Virus record (IMG/VR): IMGVR_UViG_3300030376_006484 | Span: 22,151 to 86,150 of that record | Origin: a virus | Taxonomy: Duplodnaviria; Caudoviricetes | DNA length: 64,000 bases | Strand: one strand, 5' to 3' | In this document: piece by piece, positions 8,599 to 18,047 of the stretch | Position numbering within the stretch: position 1 is the stretch's first letter | Layout of the letters: every line of letters starts with the position of its first letter | Notes under the pieces: model-generated | Seen by the model: the letters and a program-made list of their open reading frames with translations, nothing else | Databases searched by the model: none | What the model was told of the DNA's origin: nothing | Made by a program: the position numbers and the translations under genes

Positions 8599-8607
8599 GG
8601 TATTCTT

Positions 8608-9564
8608 ATGTTTAGGCTTTTCTTCTCAATAGATGGTGGTAATTTTGCCCCTATTGGAGAAAGTGAAAAGTCACGATTAAGGGCTAGAAATATGGTTGCT
8701 GATATTTCTAGAACGCTTGGTTATTCTTTTAAAGGCGATGAATTCAAAGGTAGTCTTGTTAATGATGAGTCTACAATTTTATATGAAATTAGAGAGAAGG
8801 AATCCGAAGATAAGTGGAAGGATATACTCAAGAGTCGTAAGATAACAGACCCTAGAGCAAGGCGAAAGGATGATGGGAATACTACTAACTTTGGTTGGTC
8901 TACACCTGCTTTTGCAACTAAAGAAGAAATACAGAGGCGAAATGCTCCTTCTGTTTCTAAAGAAGAAATACTAGCCATTGTTGATAGTTACACTGAAGCC
9001 CTTATTTTTCCATTAGTCAAGGAAGCAACTTTGCCTATAATTGAAAAATACAGTGATAGGGATAAGGGCTATGACGACGAGTACGGTGCAGATGGATTGG
9101 AATATTTTGCAATAGCATTAAAGAATTGGTCATACCATCCTGAGAGGGTTTCTAAAGATATTAAATCATTAAATGATAAAGACTATCGTTTATTTTTAAA
9201 TGAGTTACAGAAAGAATTCAAAAATATTCGTAATTTGTCTGTTTATATGGGGCCGGAAGACGGTTATGACATGGAAACCGAAACTTATCTTGGTTCAAAG
9301 GGTAGACGCTCCGAAAGTGCTACTTGGTTTGAAAGGTTTAGAAGTGTATTGAAGGATGATGAGTATTTTATTAACGAATCGTCATACGAGACTGTTGATG
9401 AGTATTGGGAAGATAGAGGAATAACGGCTGATAGAGTTTTGGCTGAATTAAATTCTGCTTTGAATAAGGTTAAATCTTCTTTGCAAGGTAAAGGTTTATT
9501 CAATAATGCTAAGAAAATATTTGGAGATTACAGTAGAAAGATAGTTAGGGGTGAGAAAAAATGA
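8608..9564 (+). CDS. hypothetical protein with internal KWKDILKS motif
   Basis: 318-aa ORF with RBS. Confidence 0.8.
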   Translation: MFRLFFSIDGGNFAPIGESEKSRLRARNMVADISRTLGYSFKGDEFKGSLVNDESTILYEIREKESEDKWKDILKSRKITDPRARRKDDGNTTNFGWSTPAFATKEEIQRRNAPSVSKEEILAIVDSYTEALIFPLVKEATLPIIEKYSDRDKGYDDEYGADGLEYFAIALKNWSYHPERVSKDIKSLNDKDYRLFLNELQKEFKNIRNLSVYMGPEDGYDMETETYLGSKGRRSESATWFERFRSVLKDDEYFINESSYETVDEYWEDRGITADRVLAELNSALNKVKSSLQGKGLFNNAKKIFGDYSRKIVRGEKK

Positions 9565-9797
9565 GTTGGAGAGATGACTTGGCCCGTGATGGTATAACTT
9601 TGGTAATTAAGAGGCAACTTTTTGAAATTTTAGGTAATCAGCCGGAAATTACTGCTAGAGGCATTGAAGAAGCCTTGTATGGTCGTGGTCATAAGAGGGT
9701 AAATATGTCAAAAATTAAAAAATTTGTGGCTAAGACTCCCGAAATACGACTTAACGAAAAATATAGTGAGACTAACACCTATTCATTGGAGAAGTGA
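9561..9797 (+). CDS. small putative winged-HTH protein
   Basis: ITARGIEEAL helix pattern; GGTGA RBS. Confidence 0.6.
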   Translation: MSWRDDLARDGITLVIKRQLFEILGNQPEITARGIEEALYGRGHKRVNMSKIKKFVAKTPEIRLNEKYSETNTYSLEK

Positions 9798-9802
9798 ATA
9801 GA

Positions 9803-10267
9803 ATGTGGTTTGATATTATTAAATCGGTTGAAATTTTGACCGAAAATTCGGCTAGTAAGATGTTAGACGGGTTTAAGACTGCGGTTGAGAAGGGTTATCC
9901 TGCAATTATTACTCCTTTATCGCTTGTTGCTAAGATTCAAGATGGCGAATTGGCCGCTTTTACCTCTTTTAACGATATGGGGAAGTTTTTCTTTGTTGGA
10001 AATAGTTTGACTAATCCAAAATACAAGGGTCGGGGTTATTTTACTCAAATTTTGGCTTCTAGAGATGAATATACTAAGGGAAAACCTAGAATTACTTTGC
10101 TAAATCCTTTGGATGCTAAGTCTAGGGGCATTGTTAGGGCGGTTGTTACCAAAAAAGGTGGTAAGGAAGTGACTTCTTATGCTGATGTTCAAGATATTAT
10201 GGATGAGCAGACCTACAAAGGGATGAAAAGCACTAATTTAGATATGTTTAGGTACAAGGTGATTTGA
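9803..10267 (+). CDS. W-leader GNAT-like acetyltransferase (MWFDIIKS)
   Basis: Acetyl-CoA-binding motif A-like TNPKYKGRGYF. Confidence 0.6.
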   Translation: MWFDIIKSVEILTENSASKMLDGFKTAVEKGYPAIITPLSLVAKIQDGELAAFTSFNDMGKFFFVGNSLTNPKYKGRGYFTQILASRDEYTKGKPRITLLNPLDAKSRGIVRAVVTKKGGKEVTSYADVQDIMDEQTYKGMKSTNLDMFRYKVI

Positions 10268-10458
10268 TGACATGGAAAAACATACTCAAAATTAGTACCG
10301 AAGAGGCAATTCAAGATGCTGAGAGGTATGCAGACCCCGAAGATACTGAAATGGAAAAGGTAGCAGGTGCGGTAACTACATCAAGTGCGGCCCATTCCCT
10401 TCTATTTAGGCCGACCTTTGGCGGTAAGCGAAGGAAGCGCAAAAAGAAGGAGGATTGA
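10267..10458 (+). CDS. W-leader protein with basic C-terminus (MTWKNILK)
   Basis: AGGTGA RBS; ends KRRKRKKKED. Confidence 0.7.
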   Translation: MTWKNILKISTEEAIQDAERYADPEDTEMEKVAGAVTTSSAAHSLLFRPTFGGKRRKRKKKED

Positions 10459-10460
10459 TT

Positions 10461-11531
10461 ATGCCTAAAGATGTAAAAAAGGTCACTGCTACGGTTGGTG
10501 ATGCAATTCTTACTACTAAAGCAGGAATTATTACCTTTCCTAAAAAGTACACTGCTTGGAAGAGACAGTGTAGTAGTTTAGGGCCGGAGAAAGTTGGTGG
10601 TAAGACTTCTCTTTTGGTTGCTTTGAGGCGACATGGTGTTCCTACTAGACCTACTTCTCCTAATGCAGGTGGAGTAAAAGGGATGAAATTCACTTTGATG
10701 GAGATTGAAAAGGTGATAAAGAGTAGACCTAATGGTATTTACTACGATAGTGATGTTGAGACTTTTCAAGAATTACTAGATGATTTAGATATTTACGGGG
10801 ATGGAGGGGATTTAGACCCTGCTTCTATTCCTTTTACTACTTATCCTATGTCTAGAGGAAAGAGAATCCCCGATGCTAAATCTACGAAAATTCATGGTCA
10901 CTATATTGATGAATATTTTGCTTCAAAATTCGCTACATCTGTTAAACTTGACGATGCTAAAGGTTGGAGTAATAAGGAAAAAGGCTTGGCTAATCCTCCA
11001 TTGAAACAGGCTATTTTTGGTGGGCTTCTATTTACTGAAAGTTTAAATGATATTTTGCAGTTGGCTATCAAAGAGATAGAGAATATGGAATACAATATTG
11101 AGATTAAGACAGGGCGTTCTCCTGTTAGATTAGTAAACATTCCTTCTTTTAGGTCAAAGTTAGCAGGTGCGGTAAAATCTTCTTTAGTTGATGGTGCTAT
11201 TAGTATCAAGGGTGTTAGAGGTAAAATGAATGGAATATTTTTCCCTATTAAGACTGAGAAGGAGGAATCATTCGTTGCTGATTATGCTAAGGCTAAAGGT
11301 ATTGGTGGGTCTTTTACTTCTTTCAAGGTGAACATGACTCCTGCGGCAACCAAGAAATTAATTGAAACTTACATGGCTACTTCTAGGGGAGTCAAAGAGC
11401 GAGACATTGTGAAGTCTTGGGTAGATGTAATCAAAAAGAAAACAAAAACTTGTCCTGTTTGTGGGCATGAAAACCATAAGGATGCTAACAAATGTACTAA
11501 TTGTGGTGCTGATATTTCCGATGTAAAGTGA
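10461..11531 (+). CDS. hypothetical protein with C-terminal SWVDVIKK motif and zinc ribbon
   Basis: GGAGG RBS; CPVC...CTNC. Confidence 0.8.
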   Translation: MPKDVKKVTATVGDAILTTKAGIITFPKKYTAWKRQCSSLGPEKVGGKTSLLVALRRHGVPTRPTSPNAGGVKGMKFTLMEIEKVIKSRPNGIYYDSDVETFQELLDDLDIYGDGGDLDPASIPFTTYPMSRGKRIPDAKSTKIHGHYIDEYFASKFATSVKLDDAKGWSNKEKGLANPPLKQAIFGGLLFTESLNDILQLAIKEIENMEYNIEIKTGRSPVRLVNIPSFRSKLAGAVKSSLVDGAISIKGVRGKMNGIFFPIKTEKEESFVADYAKAKGIGGSFTSFKVNMTPAATKKLIETYMATSRGVKERDIVKSWVDVIKKKTKTCPVCGHENHKDANKCTNCGADISDVK

Positions 11532-11536
11532 TTATT

Positions 11537-12190
11537 ATGCGAAGAAAGAGTTGTGCTTTTTGTCAGCATGAGAATGCTAAGGAGTTTGAACAACAGTTGG
11601 AAGACTGTGTTATTTCCTGTGATGATTTAGACCAACAGGAAAATTGGCGTAGTGGTACTGCGGCTCAACATCAAAGAAACCACATGGGGGATTATGTTAC
11701 AAGTAGTAATCCTAAGTGTAATTTCTGTACTGACCCTCTAAGGAAACAATATGAGGTTGGATTAACTGAGGGCAAGTTAGAAGTTTCTATTGTTGCAGAT
11801 ATTTTAGAGACTACTAAGAGTCAAATCCACCGACACATGAAACATCATTTGGCTCCTATTGTTCAAGAGTCTGCGGCTACAATAATTGCTAAGAAGGAAG
11901 TTAATGAAGTTGATATGTTAGCCAATAACTTAGAAGTGTTGGATGGTAAACTTACTGAGATTGCTTCAAGGGATGATTTAGATTCTAAGGAGTTAGATGC
12001 TTTGGTTAAGTTGGCTAGAGAGATTCGTGAGTCATTGAAATACATGATGGAGTTTAAGGGTAAGTTAATACATAAGAGACAGGACACAATAATTATTGCA
12101 CAGATGCAAATTGTCCAAGAAGTTTTGGCTCAAGGACACCCCGAAGTTTGGCTTGATGTAAAGAAGAAGATGCAGGAGAGATTACAATGA
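11537..12190 (+). CDS. putative terminase small subunit (tandem CxxC-HTH repeats plus coiled coil)
   Basis: Two C-x2-C...H-x3-H repeats (QHQRNH, RHMKHH), helical C-terminus, upstream of TerL; function inferred. Confidence 0.5.
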   Translation: MRRKSCAFCQHENAKEFEQQLEDCVISCDDLDQQENWRSGTAAQHQRNHMGDYVTSSNPKCNFCTDPLRKQYEVGLTEGKLEVSIVADILETTKSQIHRHMKHHLAPIVQESAATIIAKKEVNEVDMLANNLEVLDGKLTEIASRDDLDSKELDALVKLAREIRESLKYMMEFKGKLIHKRQDTIIIAQMQIVQEVLAQGHPEVWLDVKKKMQERLQ

Positions 12191-12447
12191 ACTGGAAAGA
12201 AATACTAAAGCAGAATATGAAGAGTTATCCTAAAAATATACTTTATGATGACATAGAATACGAATTAATTCATGTTGATGATAAGGCTATTGAATATGAT
12301 AAAAATGGTGACCCTATGGGAACTTATGTACCAAAGGAAGCCGATGAAAATTTAGACGAACAAGTGGTATATTTGGATTTACCAGATGCAAAACGCCACA
12401 TGATGCTTTTATTAAATAAAGAAGAAATGCAGGAGAGATTACAATGA
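12187..12447 (+). CDS. W-leader protein (MNWKEILKQ)
   Basis: Leader motif; ends MQERLQ like the upstream gene. Confidence 0.75.
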   Translation: MNWKEILKQNMKSYPKNILYDDIEYELIHVDDKAIEYDKNGDPMGTYVPKEADENLDEQVVYLDLPDAKRHMMLLLNKEEMQERLQ

Positions 12448-12689
12448 GTTGGAAAAAAATATTGAAACAAGATGAAATATCCCGAATGAAAGATTCTCTA
12501 AACGCTAATATGGATTTACTTAATGATTATTTTAAAAAAATGGAAGAGTTAATGGGTTCCCTTGAGTCTCAACAAATAGAAAAAGCAGAAAAACTTTGGA
12601 CGGATATGCAAGACATGGTAAAAGATGTTGAGGGCTTAGGCTTACACAAAAATATTCACGCTTACTTAAACAGGATTATTTTAGACTAG
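12444..12689 (+). CDS. W-leader protein (MSWKKILKQ)
   Basis: Leader motif; junction repeat. Confidence 0.75.
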   Translation: MSWKKILKQDEISRMKDSLNANMDLLNDYFKKMEELMGSLESQQIEKAEKLWTDMQDMVKDVEGLGLHKNIHAYLNRIILD

Positions 12690-12700
12690 GAGAGATTACA

Positions 12701-13114
12701 ATGAGTTGGAAAGATATACTGAAATTAAGACCAATAGAGGATATACCCGATGAAATGTATGATGATTCATATTCTTATCAAAATCCTAAAGAAGTTGAGA
12801 GTTTGATGAGAAGAAAACAAAAGAAGGGTGGGCTACTTTGGTATATTGAAAAGGATTTTGCACAAAACGCAAATGTGGCGGATTGGACTACTGATGAAGG
12901 AGTTAAATTTTGGGATATGGTAGTTTCGGATTTGAAAAATATTTACAATACTAATAATTTAACACATAAGAACTATAAAAATGGAACTATTCTAGCGGGT
13001 AGAGAAGGCGTGGACAAATCTGTTTTTGCTATGATAATGAACCTAGACCCGAAGTTTGGTGCGCCTATAAGTGGTAGTCAATTTATGAGAGAAAATAAAT
13101 TCCGAGGCTTTTGA
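12701..13114 (+). CDS. W-leader protein (MSWKDILKL)
   Basis: Leader motif; junction repeat. Confidence 0.75.
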   Translation: MSWKDILKLRPIEDIPDEMYDDSYSYQNPKEVESLMRRKQKKGGLLWYIEKDFAQNANVADWTTDEGVKFWDMVVSDLKNIYNTNNLTHKNYKNGTILAGREGVDKSVFAMIMNLDPKFGAPISGSQFMRENKFRGF

Positions 13115-13130
13115 TACAGGAGAGATTACA

Positions 13131-13346
13131 ATGAAATGGGAAAAACTACTAAAAAATGATTTTGAAAAAATTGATTTATTTATACAAAAGATGAAAAGAA
13201 TCAATATTTCAGCACAAGAAGCGTTTAAAGAATTTGAAACTGAAAAGTCTATAGAGATGCAACAATTAGCGACTACTATTATTGATATGGGAACTGCTAT
13301 AATGGACTTGGAAAAGATGAGAGATAGACAAGAGAAATTACAATGA
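13131..13346 (+). CDS. W-leader protein (MKWEKLLKN)
   Basis: Leader motif; junction repeat. Confidence 0.7.
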   Translation: MKWEKLLKNDFEKIDLFIQKMKRINISAQEAFKEFETEKSIEMQQLATTIIDMGTAIMDLEKMRDRQEKLQ

Positions 13347-13368
13347 GAGTGAACAAGTAGAGATTAGC

Positions 13369-13443
13369 ATGAGTTGGAAAAATATACTAAAAGATGCAAA
13401 GAAAGTCACTATGAAGTTTCACCCAAAAGAGGAATTACAATGA
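13369..13443 (+). CDS. 24-aa W-leader peptide or remnant (MSWKNILKDAKKVTMKFHPKEELQ)
   Basis: Translated by hand; leader with almost no payload. Confidence 0.45.
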   Translation: MSWKNILKDAKKVTMKFHPKEELQ

Positions 13444-13895
13444 GTTGGATGGGTATAGTCAAACAAAAGACTTACGAGGTTTATATTAAAAATCATCGTA
13501 ATGCTAAAAAATACCCTAATTGGACTAAAATTAATTTACAACTAGACGGGTATGACCAATCTACATCTTCTAGAGAATTGGCTAAACATTTTTTTGAAGA
13601 AAAGTCTTTCAATCTTGGAGACAAAAATCCTTTCATTGTTGAAGGAGACAACACATCGGGTTATGTCGTTCCTTATGGTTTTGGAACTGCAAGTCCCATG
13701 ATGGGTTCCGAATACAATAGATTTCAAGGAGAGAATGTTCTTTTTGCAAATGGCCCAACATATTTTTATGAGATTGTTGAGTCGGGAGAACAACCAAAGA
13801 ATGCTAAACCGCCTACTTTTACTATGGCTGAAAAAATTAGTAATTATGTTAGGATTAACAAAGAACAAGGTGTAGATGTTAGCGATTATTTTTAA
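13440..13895 (+). CDS. W-leader protein (MSWMGIVKQ)
   Basis: Start moved to ATG 13440 at the junction repeat. Confidence 0.75.
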   Translation: MSWMGIVKQKTYEVYIKNHRNAKKYPNWTKINLQLDGYDQSTSSRELAKHFFEEKSFNLGDKNPFIVEGDNTSGYVVPYGFGTASPMMGSEYNRFQGENVLFANGPTYFYEIVESGEQPKNAKPPTFTMAEKISNYVRINKEQGVDVSDYF

Positions 13896-13904
13896 GGTGA
13901 TTAA

Positions 13905-15518
13905 ATGGCTACTTCTGTATTAACTATTGACGAGGTTTTCCTCAAGTTGTTTAGGGATTATGAAGATGCTAACTTGAAGGAGTACATTGAAATCCTTTCA
14001 AAGAAGAAGCCTAATCACACAGTCTTGAGGAAGATGATGGTTCCTTTTTTGGACAGGGACTTACAAGATATAAAGGGGCTATTGAGAACCAAATACGCTA
14101 AAGAAGTAGAAGCGATTGCTACGAGTTTTAATATTAAACCTCTTGCTAAAGTGAGGAGAGTTTTGAAGCCCAAGTTGTATGAATTGGCTAGATATGCCGG
14201 TAAGACAGAACAGGAAATGTCTATTGCTGAATTGGTTCAAGGGTTTAGTAAGATTACCGATAAGGCAAAACGGGATGATTACAGAAAAAGGATAACTGCT
14301 ATTATTGAGAGTAGAGATAAATTAACTAGTGATAAATTAGGAGGGGTTTCTAAGCAAAGCCTTTTTGATTTTTTGACAGAAGTAGAAGAAGAAGAGATGG
14401 AAAAAACCCTACAACCCTACTCTAAGGAGGAACAAGCAAAAATGCTTAAGGAAATTGAGGGCAAGTTACTAACTGCCGTCATTGTTGTAACACATTCAAC
14501 AGGCCGATTTATTTCTTATTATCCTGCTAAAGAGATAAATAAAAACATGGATTTAGACCTAGAAGGTAAAATTTATGTTACGCCTTCATATTCTCCTAGA
14601 TGGGAAAAATTGCGAAAAGTCTTAGAATTATCAATTCAAGGCACTTTTTCTATTGGTTCAAGTGTTGGGGTAGAAAAGGAAACTTATACTCTTAATGACA
14701 CAGATGCTTTCTTGGGTAAGTATTTGGATATGTTGCAAAATGTTTCGTCTAGCAAAAAAGATAAAAAAGCAGAAAAAGTGGGTAAACAAAATAAGAGAAA
14801 ATTTCTTCCCGAACTTAAAGGGAGAAAAACATGGAGTCCTAAATCAATTATTTTTAGGGGGAAGGAAGGAGGGAGTGACTCTATTTTGTTTAATCCTCAT
14901 TTGAGAAAGATGATTACAGACCCTACTTATTTTGCTTCTGTATTTAAGACGGGATATACTGATGATAAAATCAACGAGTACTTTCCCAATGCTCAAGGTA
15001 GAAATTTAGGTACTAGATTGTTTCTCTTTGAAGGGGAGAACTACACAAACGCTTTAGAAGAATTAGATGAAGCAGAAATAGATTACCAAGTTAATGAAGG
15101 TAGACAACTTGTATTGCTTGATGAAATGCTTAGTGATAAGGACTTTTTTGAAGAACAAGATGTGAAAACCAAAGAAATTATTTCCGAAGAAGAAACTTTA
15201 GAACTAGACCCCGACTATTCCAAAGACAGTTATTTCTTTGAAGGGCGACCAATAGGGGAAACTAAACAAGATGTTATAGAAAGTTTAGAGGTTGCTATTT
15301 TGGCGGGCGAATTTTATGATGACTATTTTAGCGCAATAATAGGAAAAACAATTAGGGTAACGCCCGAACTTCTTGATAGAATAGAGGCGGCTATGAAGGA
15401 ATTTGAAGAGGATTTCAATACCGCCATACGGAAAAAAATACGCTTCCTTGCAGAGAACGCAGATGAGAGAGTGCTTAAATACCTAGCCGCATACGAATTA
15501 ATCAATAAGAACGAATAG
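13905..15518 (+). CDS. large charged hypothetical protein (possible internal virion protein)
   Basis: 537-aa ORF, AGGTGA RBS; role inferred from position. Confidence 0.75.
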   Translation: MATSVLTIDEVFLKLFRDYEDANLKEYIEILSKKKPNHTVLRKMMVPFLDRDLQDIKGLLRTKYAKEVEAIATSFNIKPLAKVRRVLKPKLYELARYAGKTEQEMSIAELVQGFSKITDKAKRDDYRKRITAIIESRDKLTSDKLGGVSKQSLFDFLTEVEEEEMEKTLQPYSKEEQAKMLKEIEGKLLTAVIVVTHSTGRFISYYPAKEINKNMDLDLEGKIYVTPSYSPRWEKLRKVLELSIQGTFSIGSSVGVEKETYTLNDTDAFLGKYLDMLQNVSSSKKDKKAEKVGKQNKRKFLPELKGRKTWSPKSIIFRGKEGGSDSILFNPHLRKMITDPTYFASVFKTGYTDDKINEYFPNAQGRNLGTRLFLFEGENYTNALEELDEAEIDYQVNEGRQLVLLDEMLSDKDFFEEQDVKTKEIISEEETLELDPDYSKDSYFFEGRPIGETKQDVIESLEVAILAGEFYDDYFSAIIGKTIRVTPELLDRIEAAMKEFEEDFNTAIRKKIRFLAENADERVLKYLAAYELINKNE

Positions 15519-15526
15519 GTGTTACT

Positions 15527-18043
15527 ATGGCTATACAAAAAAAGGTAAGATTAGACCAAGAAGCCTTTGATTCTTTGAATCTAACAGAAGAAGAGGTAAT
15601 GGATGCCTTGTCCGGTGAACCTTTACAAGAGTACGAAAGGACAGGTGATGTTAGAATAGCACGAAAAGGTGTTAGAGATGTACTTTTGCCTATTCTAGAA
15701 AAGAGAATACAGGACATGGGTATTGAATCTAATGAGAAGGGTAAGTCCTTAGTTGCTCTAACAATGTCAAAGGTCACAAGTATTCTAACTAGGGGTAGGT
15801 TAGAGGGTTTGTTAGATAAGGATGAGAATACAAAGGTCAAAGATAGAAGGGTATATCAAAGCCTCATTAATAGATTATACAGTGGGATTCTCTACGAAGA
15901 TAGAAAATTAGAAGTAGAGGACTTTATTACAGGTATTGATTCTACAAAGATTTCAAGGAACCCAAAAAGAGATAGAATTACTTCTACTTACTTAAATAAT
16001 CTAATAAATAGAGAATTGGAAGGTAAAAATAGGGATGCTGCTTCTGTTTGGTTTGATTCCCATTCTTCTAGTCACAAGGCAATAGAAGACGGTTTGATTG
16101 CATTTAACAATCAACAAAGTGCTAAAAGAAGAGAAGGCATTTCTCCCGTAGTAGTAATTAGAGATGACATTCTAACTTTCATGGGTTCTACTTCAAAGAA
16201 GATTTTGGATAGGAAAGATACTATTTACAACACTTGGAAACAAATTGAAGGTAGATTTGACGGTGTTAAAAAACAATCGGAGATAGTGAAGAAACAATTT
16301 GGTTTAGAAGACAATCACCCCTTTGCTAAGGCAACGGCTGATTTAGAAAATTATGTTGTGGAGTATTCTCCTGTTTCAGTAAAAAGAGCAAATCCTAAAT
16401 TGGTTGCTCTTGATTTGTTGGATGCTTTTATGAAAAGGTCGGGAAGAAATGTTTTTGAAACGGACACTACAGTTACTATAGATTCTGTAGGGATGCCGAC
16501 TGTAGAAGAAGGAACCATGAGCATGACTGATAAAACAGATGAGCAGAACCAAATAACTAGGAAGGAAATGGAAGCGGCCAACAAAGGCTTAGGGGTTGCA
16601 GTAGACCCTATTTCTAGATACTACATGAATAAAATGTTGGGGGGTGCTTTTATGGATGAAAGGCACTTTGAAGAAATTACCGAGTTACTCAAAGATTATT
16701 CTAAGAGAATTAGTTTCGGTAAGCGTGATTATGAAAATCTAGATAAATTCATTTCCGATATTCCCAAAATTGCCGGTGCTAATACTGACACAGTGTTTTT
16801 GCCTATTCACTTCTCAAGAGGGTTCTTGGATGCAGGGGATAATAAAATGGATTCTAAGATAGACCCAATAAACAAAATATGGCGAGAGTATTTTATGGCT
16901 TTAGGTGGACTAATTGAGCAGGGCTACAGAATGCCTAAGAAAACAAAACAAACATCAAACATTGGAACAATCGGCGAAGAGGTTAAAGAGACAGGGGCGA
17001 AATTAACTCTAAATACCTATGTGGCTCAATTTCAAGGAAGGCCCATGAATTTTAAAGAAACAAGTAAAGAACAGGCAGATGCACTAAAAGAATTATTTGT
17101 TCGCTTAGAGTTGTATATGTTTAGTCCACTATCAAACCCCTTTATTACGCTAGGGTATAATTTTAAAGACATTAAGAAAACCTCAAGTTACAAAATCATG
17201 TCTGTTTATGCCGATAGAAATAATGTTTTGGAAGGAGAACTAACACAGGATGAAAACAAAAATTGGGTATTTGCAGGACAACCTTTTGAAAGTAAAGCAG
17301 AAGCCGAAACTGCAAGGTCAAAGGGTTCAACTAATTCCACTAAGGCTATCTCTACATTATACCAACTTCTTGATAAAAAAGGGGGTAGCATGATTACCAA
17401 TAAACAAATAAAAATCATTGAAGAATTTTTAGAATCCCTTCGGGTTAATGTTGAGGTTGAAAGTGTCAAAAGACAGACTAACAAACTATACAAATTCGTA
17501 ATAAAAAGGCTATACAAAAAAGCAGGTAAGGGTTTCTTAGACCGAGCAAGAGAAGGTCTAGGGAGACTTGTTGCTTCTGTATTCAATAAAATTAATGAAA
17601 CAGGTAGCGTAACTACACTAGGAGTAGATAGTGCAGACTTCAAAGGCGAAGACTATGACATTGATGATGTAGTGGCGTTATTGGAATTGAAAGATTTCTT
17701 AGCAGAAAACGCAGATAGGCTAAACAATAAAAAGAAAGCAGAAACACTAGTAGGGAAATTCAACCAAATATCTAAGGCTAATCCTATCAAAAACAAAATC
17801 TTGCAAGCACATGATTCCTTTAGAATACTGAAAGGCTTGCCTATCTATTATGGTAAAGGGCAAACGGATTCAGTAGAAGACATTTCTAAAATGATTGATG
17901 TTGTTTATGATAAAATGGGTATTCATATAGTTGGTAATGAGATTGTTAAGATGGTGGAAGAGGTTGATTCATTCACTTCTATTGCTACTAATGTTGGTGT
18001 GACAGAAGAAGTTGTCTACTTTGTCAAGGCTAACTTTAGGTGA
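15527..18043 (+). CDS. large hypothetical protein (possible internal virion protein)
   Basis: 838-aa ORF with AGGTG RBS. Confidence 0.75.
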   Translation: MAIQKKVRLDQEAFDSLNLTEEEVMDALSGEPLQEYERTGDVRIARKGVRDVLLPILEKRIQDMGIESNEKGKSLVALTMSKVTSILTRGRLEGLLDKDENTKVKDRRVYQSLINRLYSGILYEDRKLEVEDFITGIDSTKISRNPKRDRITSTYLNNLINRELEGKNRDAASVWFDSHSSSHKAIEDGLIAFNNQQSAKRREGISPVVVIRDDILTFMGSTSKKILDRKDTIYNTWKQIEGRFDGVKKQSEIVKKQFGLEDNHPFAKATADLENYVVEYSPVSVKRANPKLVALDLLDAFMKRSGRNVFETDTTVTIDSVGMPTVEEGTMSMTDKTDEQNQITRKEMEAANKGLGVAVDPISRYYMNKMLGGAFMDERHFEEITELLKDYSKRISFGKRDYENLDKFISDIPKIAGANTDTVFLPIHFSRGFLDAGDNKMDSKIDPINKIWREYFMALGGLIEQGYRMPKKTKQTSNIGTIGEEVKETGAKLTLNTYVAQFQGRPMNFKETSKEQADALKELFVRLELYMFSPLSNPFITLGYNFKDIKKTSSYKIMSVYADRNNVLEGELTQDENKNWVFAGQPFESKAEAETARSKGSTNSTKAISTLYQLLDKKGGSMITNKQIKIIEEFLESLRVNVEVESVKRQTNKLYKFVIKRLYKKAGKGFLDRAREGLGRLVASVFNKINETGSVTTLGVDSADFKGEDYDIDDVVALLELKDFLAENADRLNNKKKAETLVGKFNQISKANPIKNKILQAHDSFRILKGLPIYYGKGQTDSVEDISKMIDVVYDKMGIHIVGNEIVKMVEEVDSFTSIATNVGVTEEVVYFVKANFR

Positions 18044-18047
18044 TTTT

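Larger units (their letters stand above)
12173..13448 (+). repeat. dispersed junction repeat (C)AGGAGAGATTACAATGA-(G)TTGGAAA between tandem genes
   Basis: Copies start at about 12173, 12430, 12688, 13117, and degenerate at 13329 and 13427. Confidence 0.85.
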
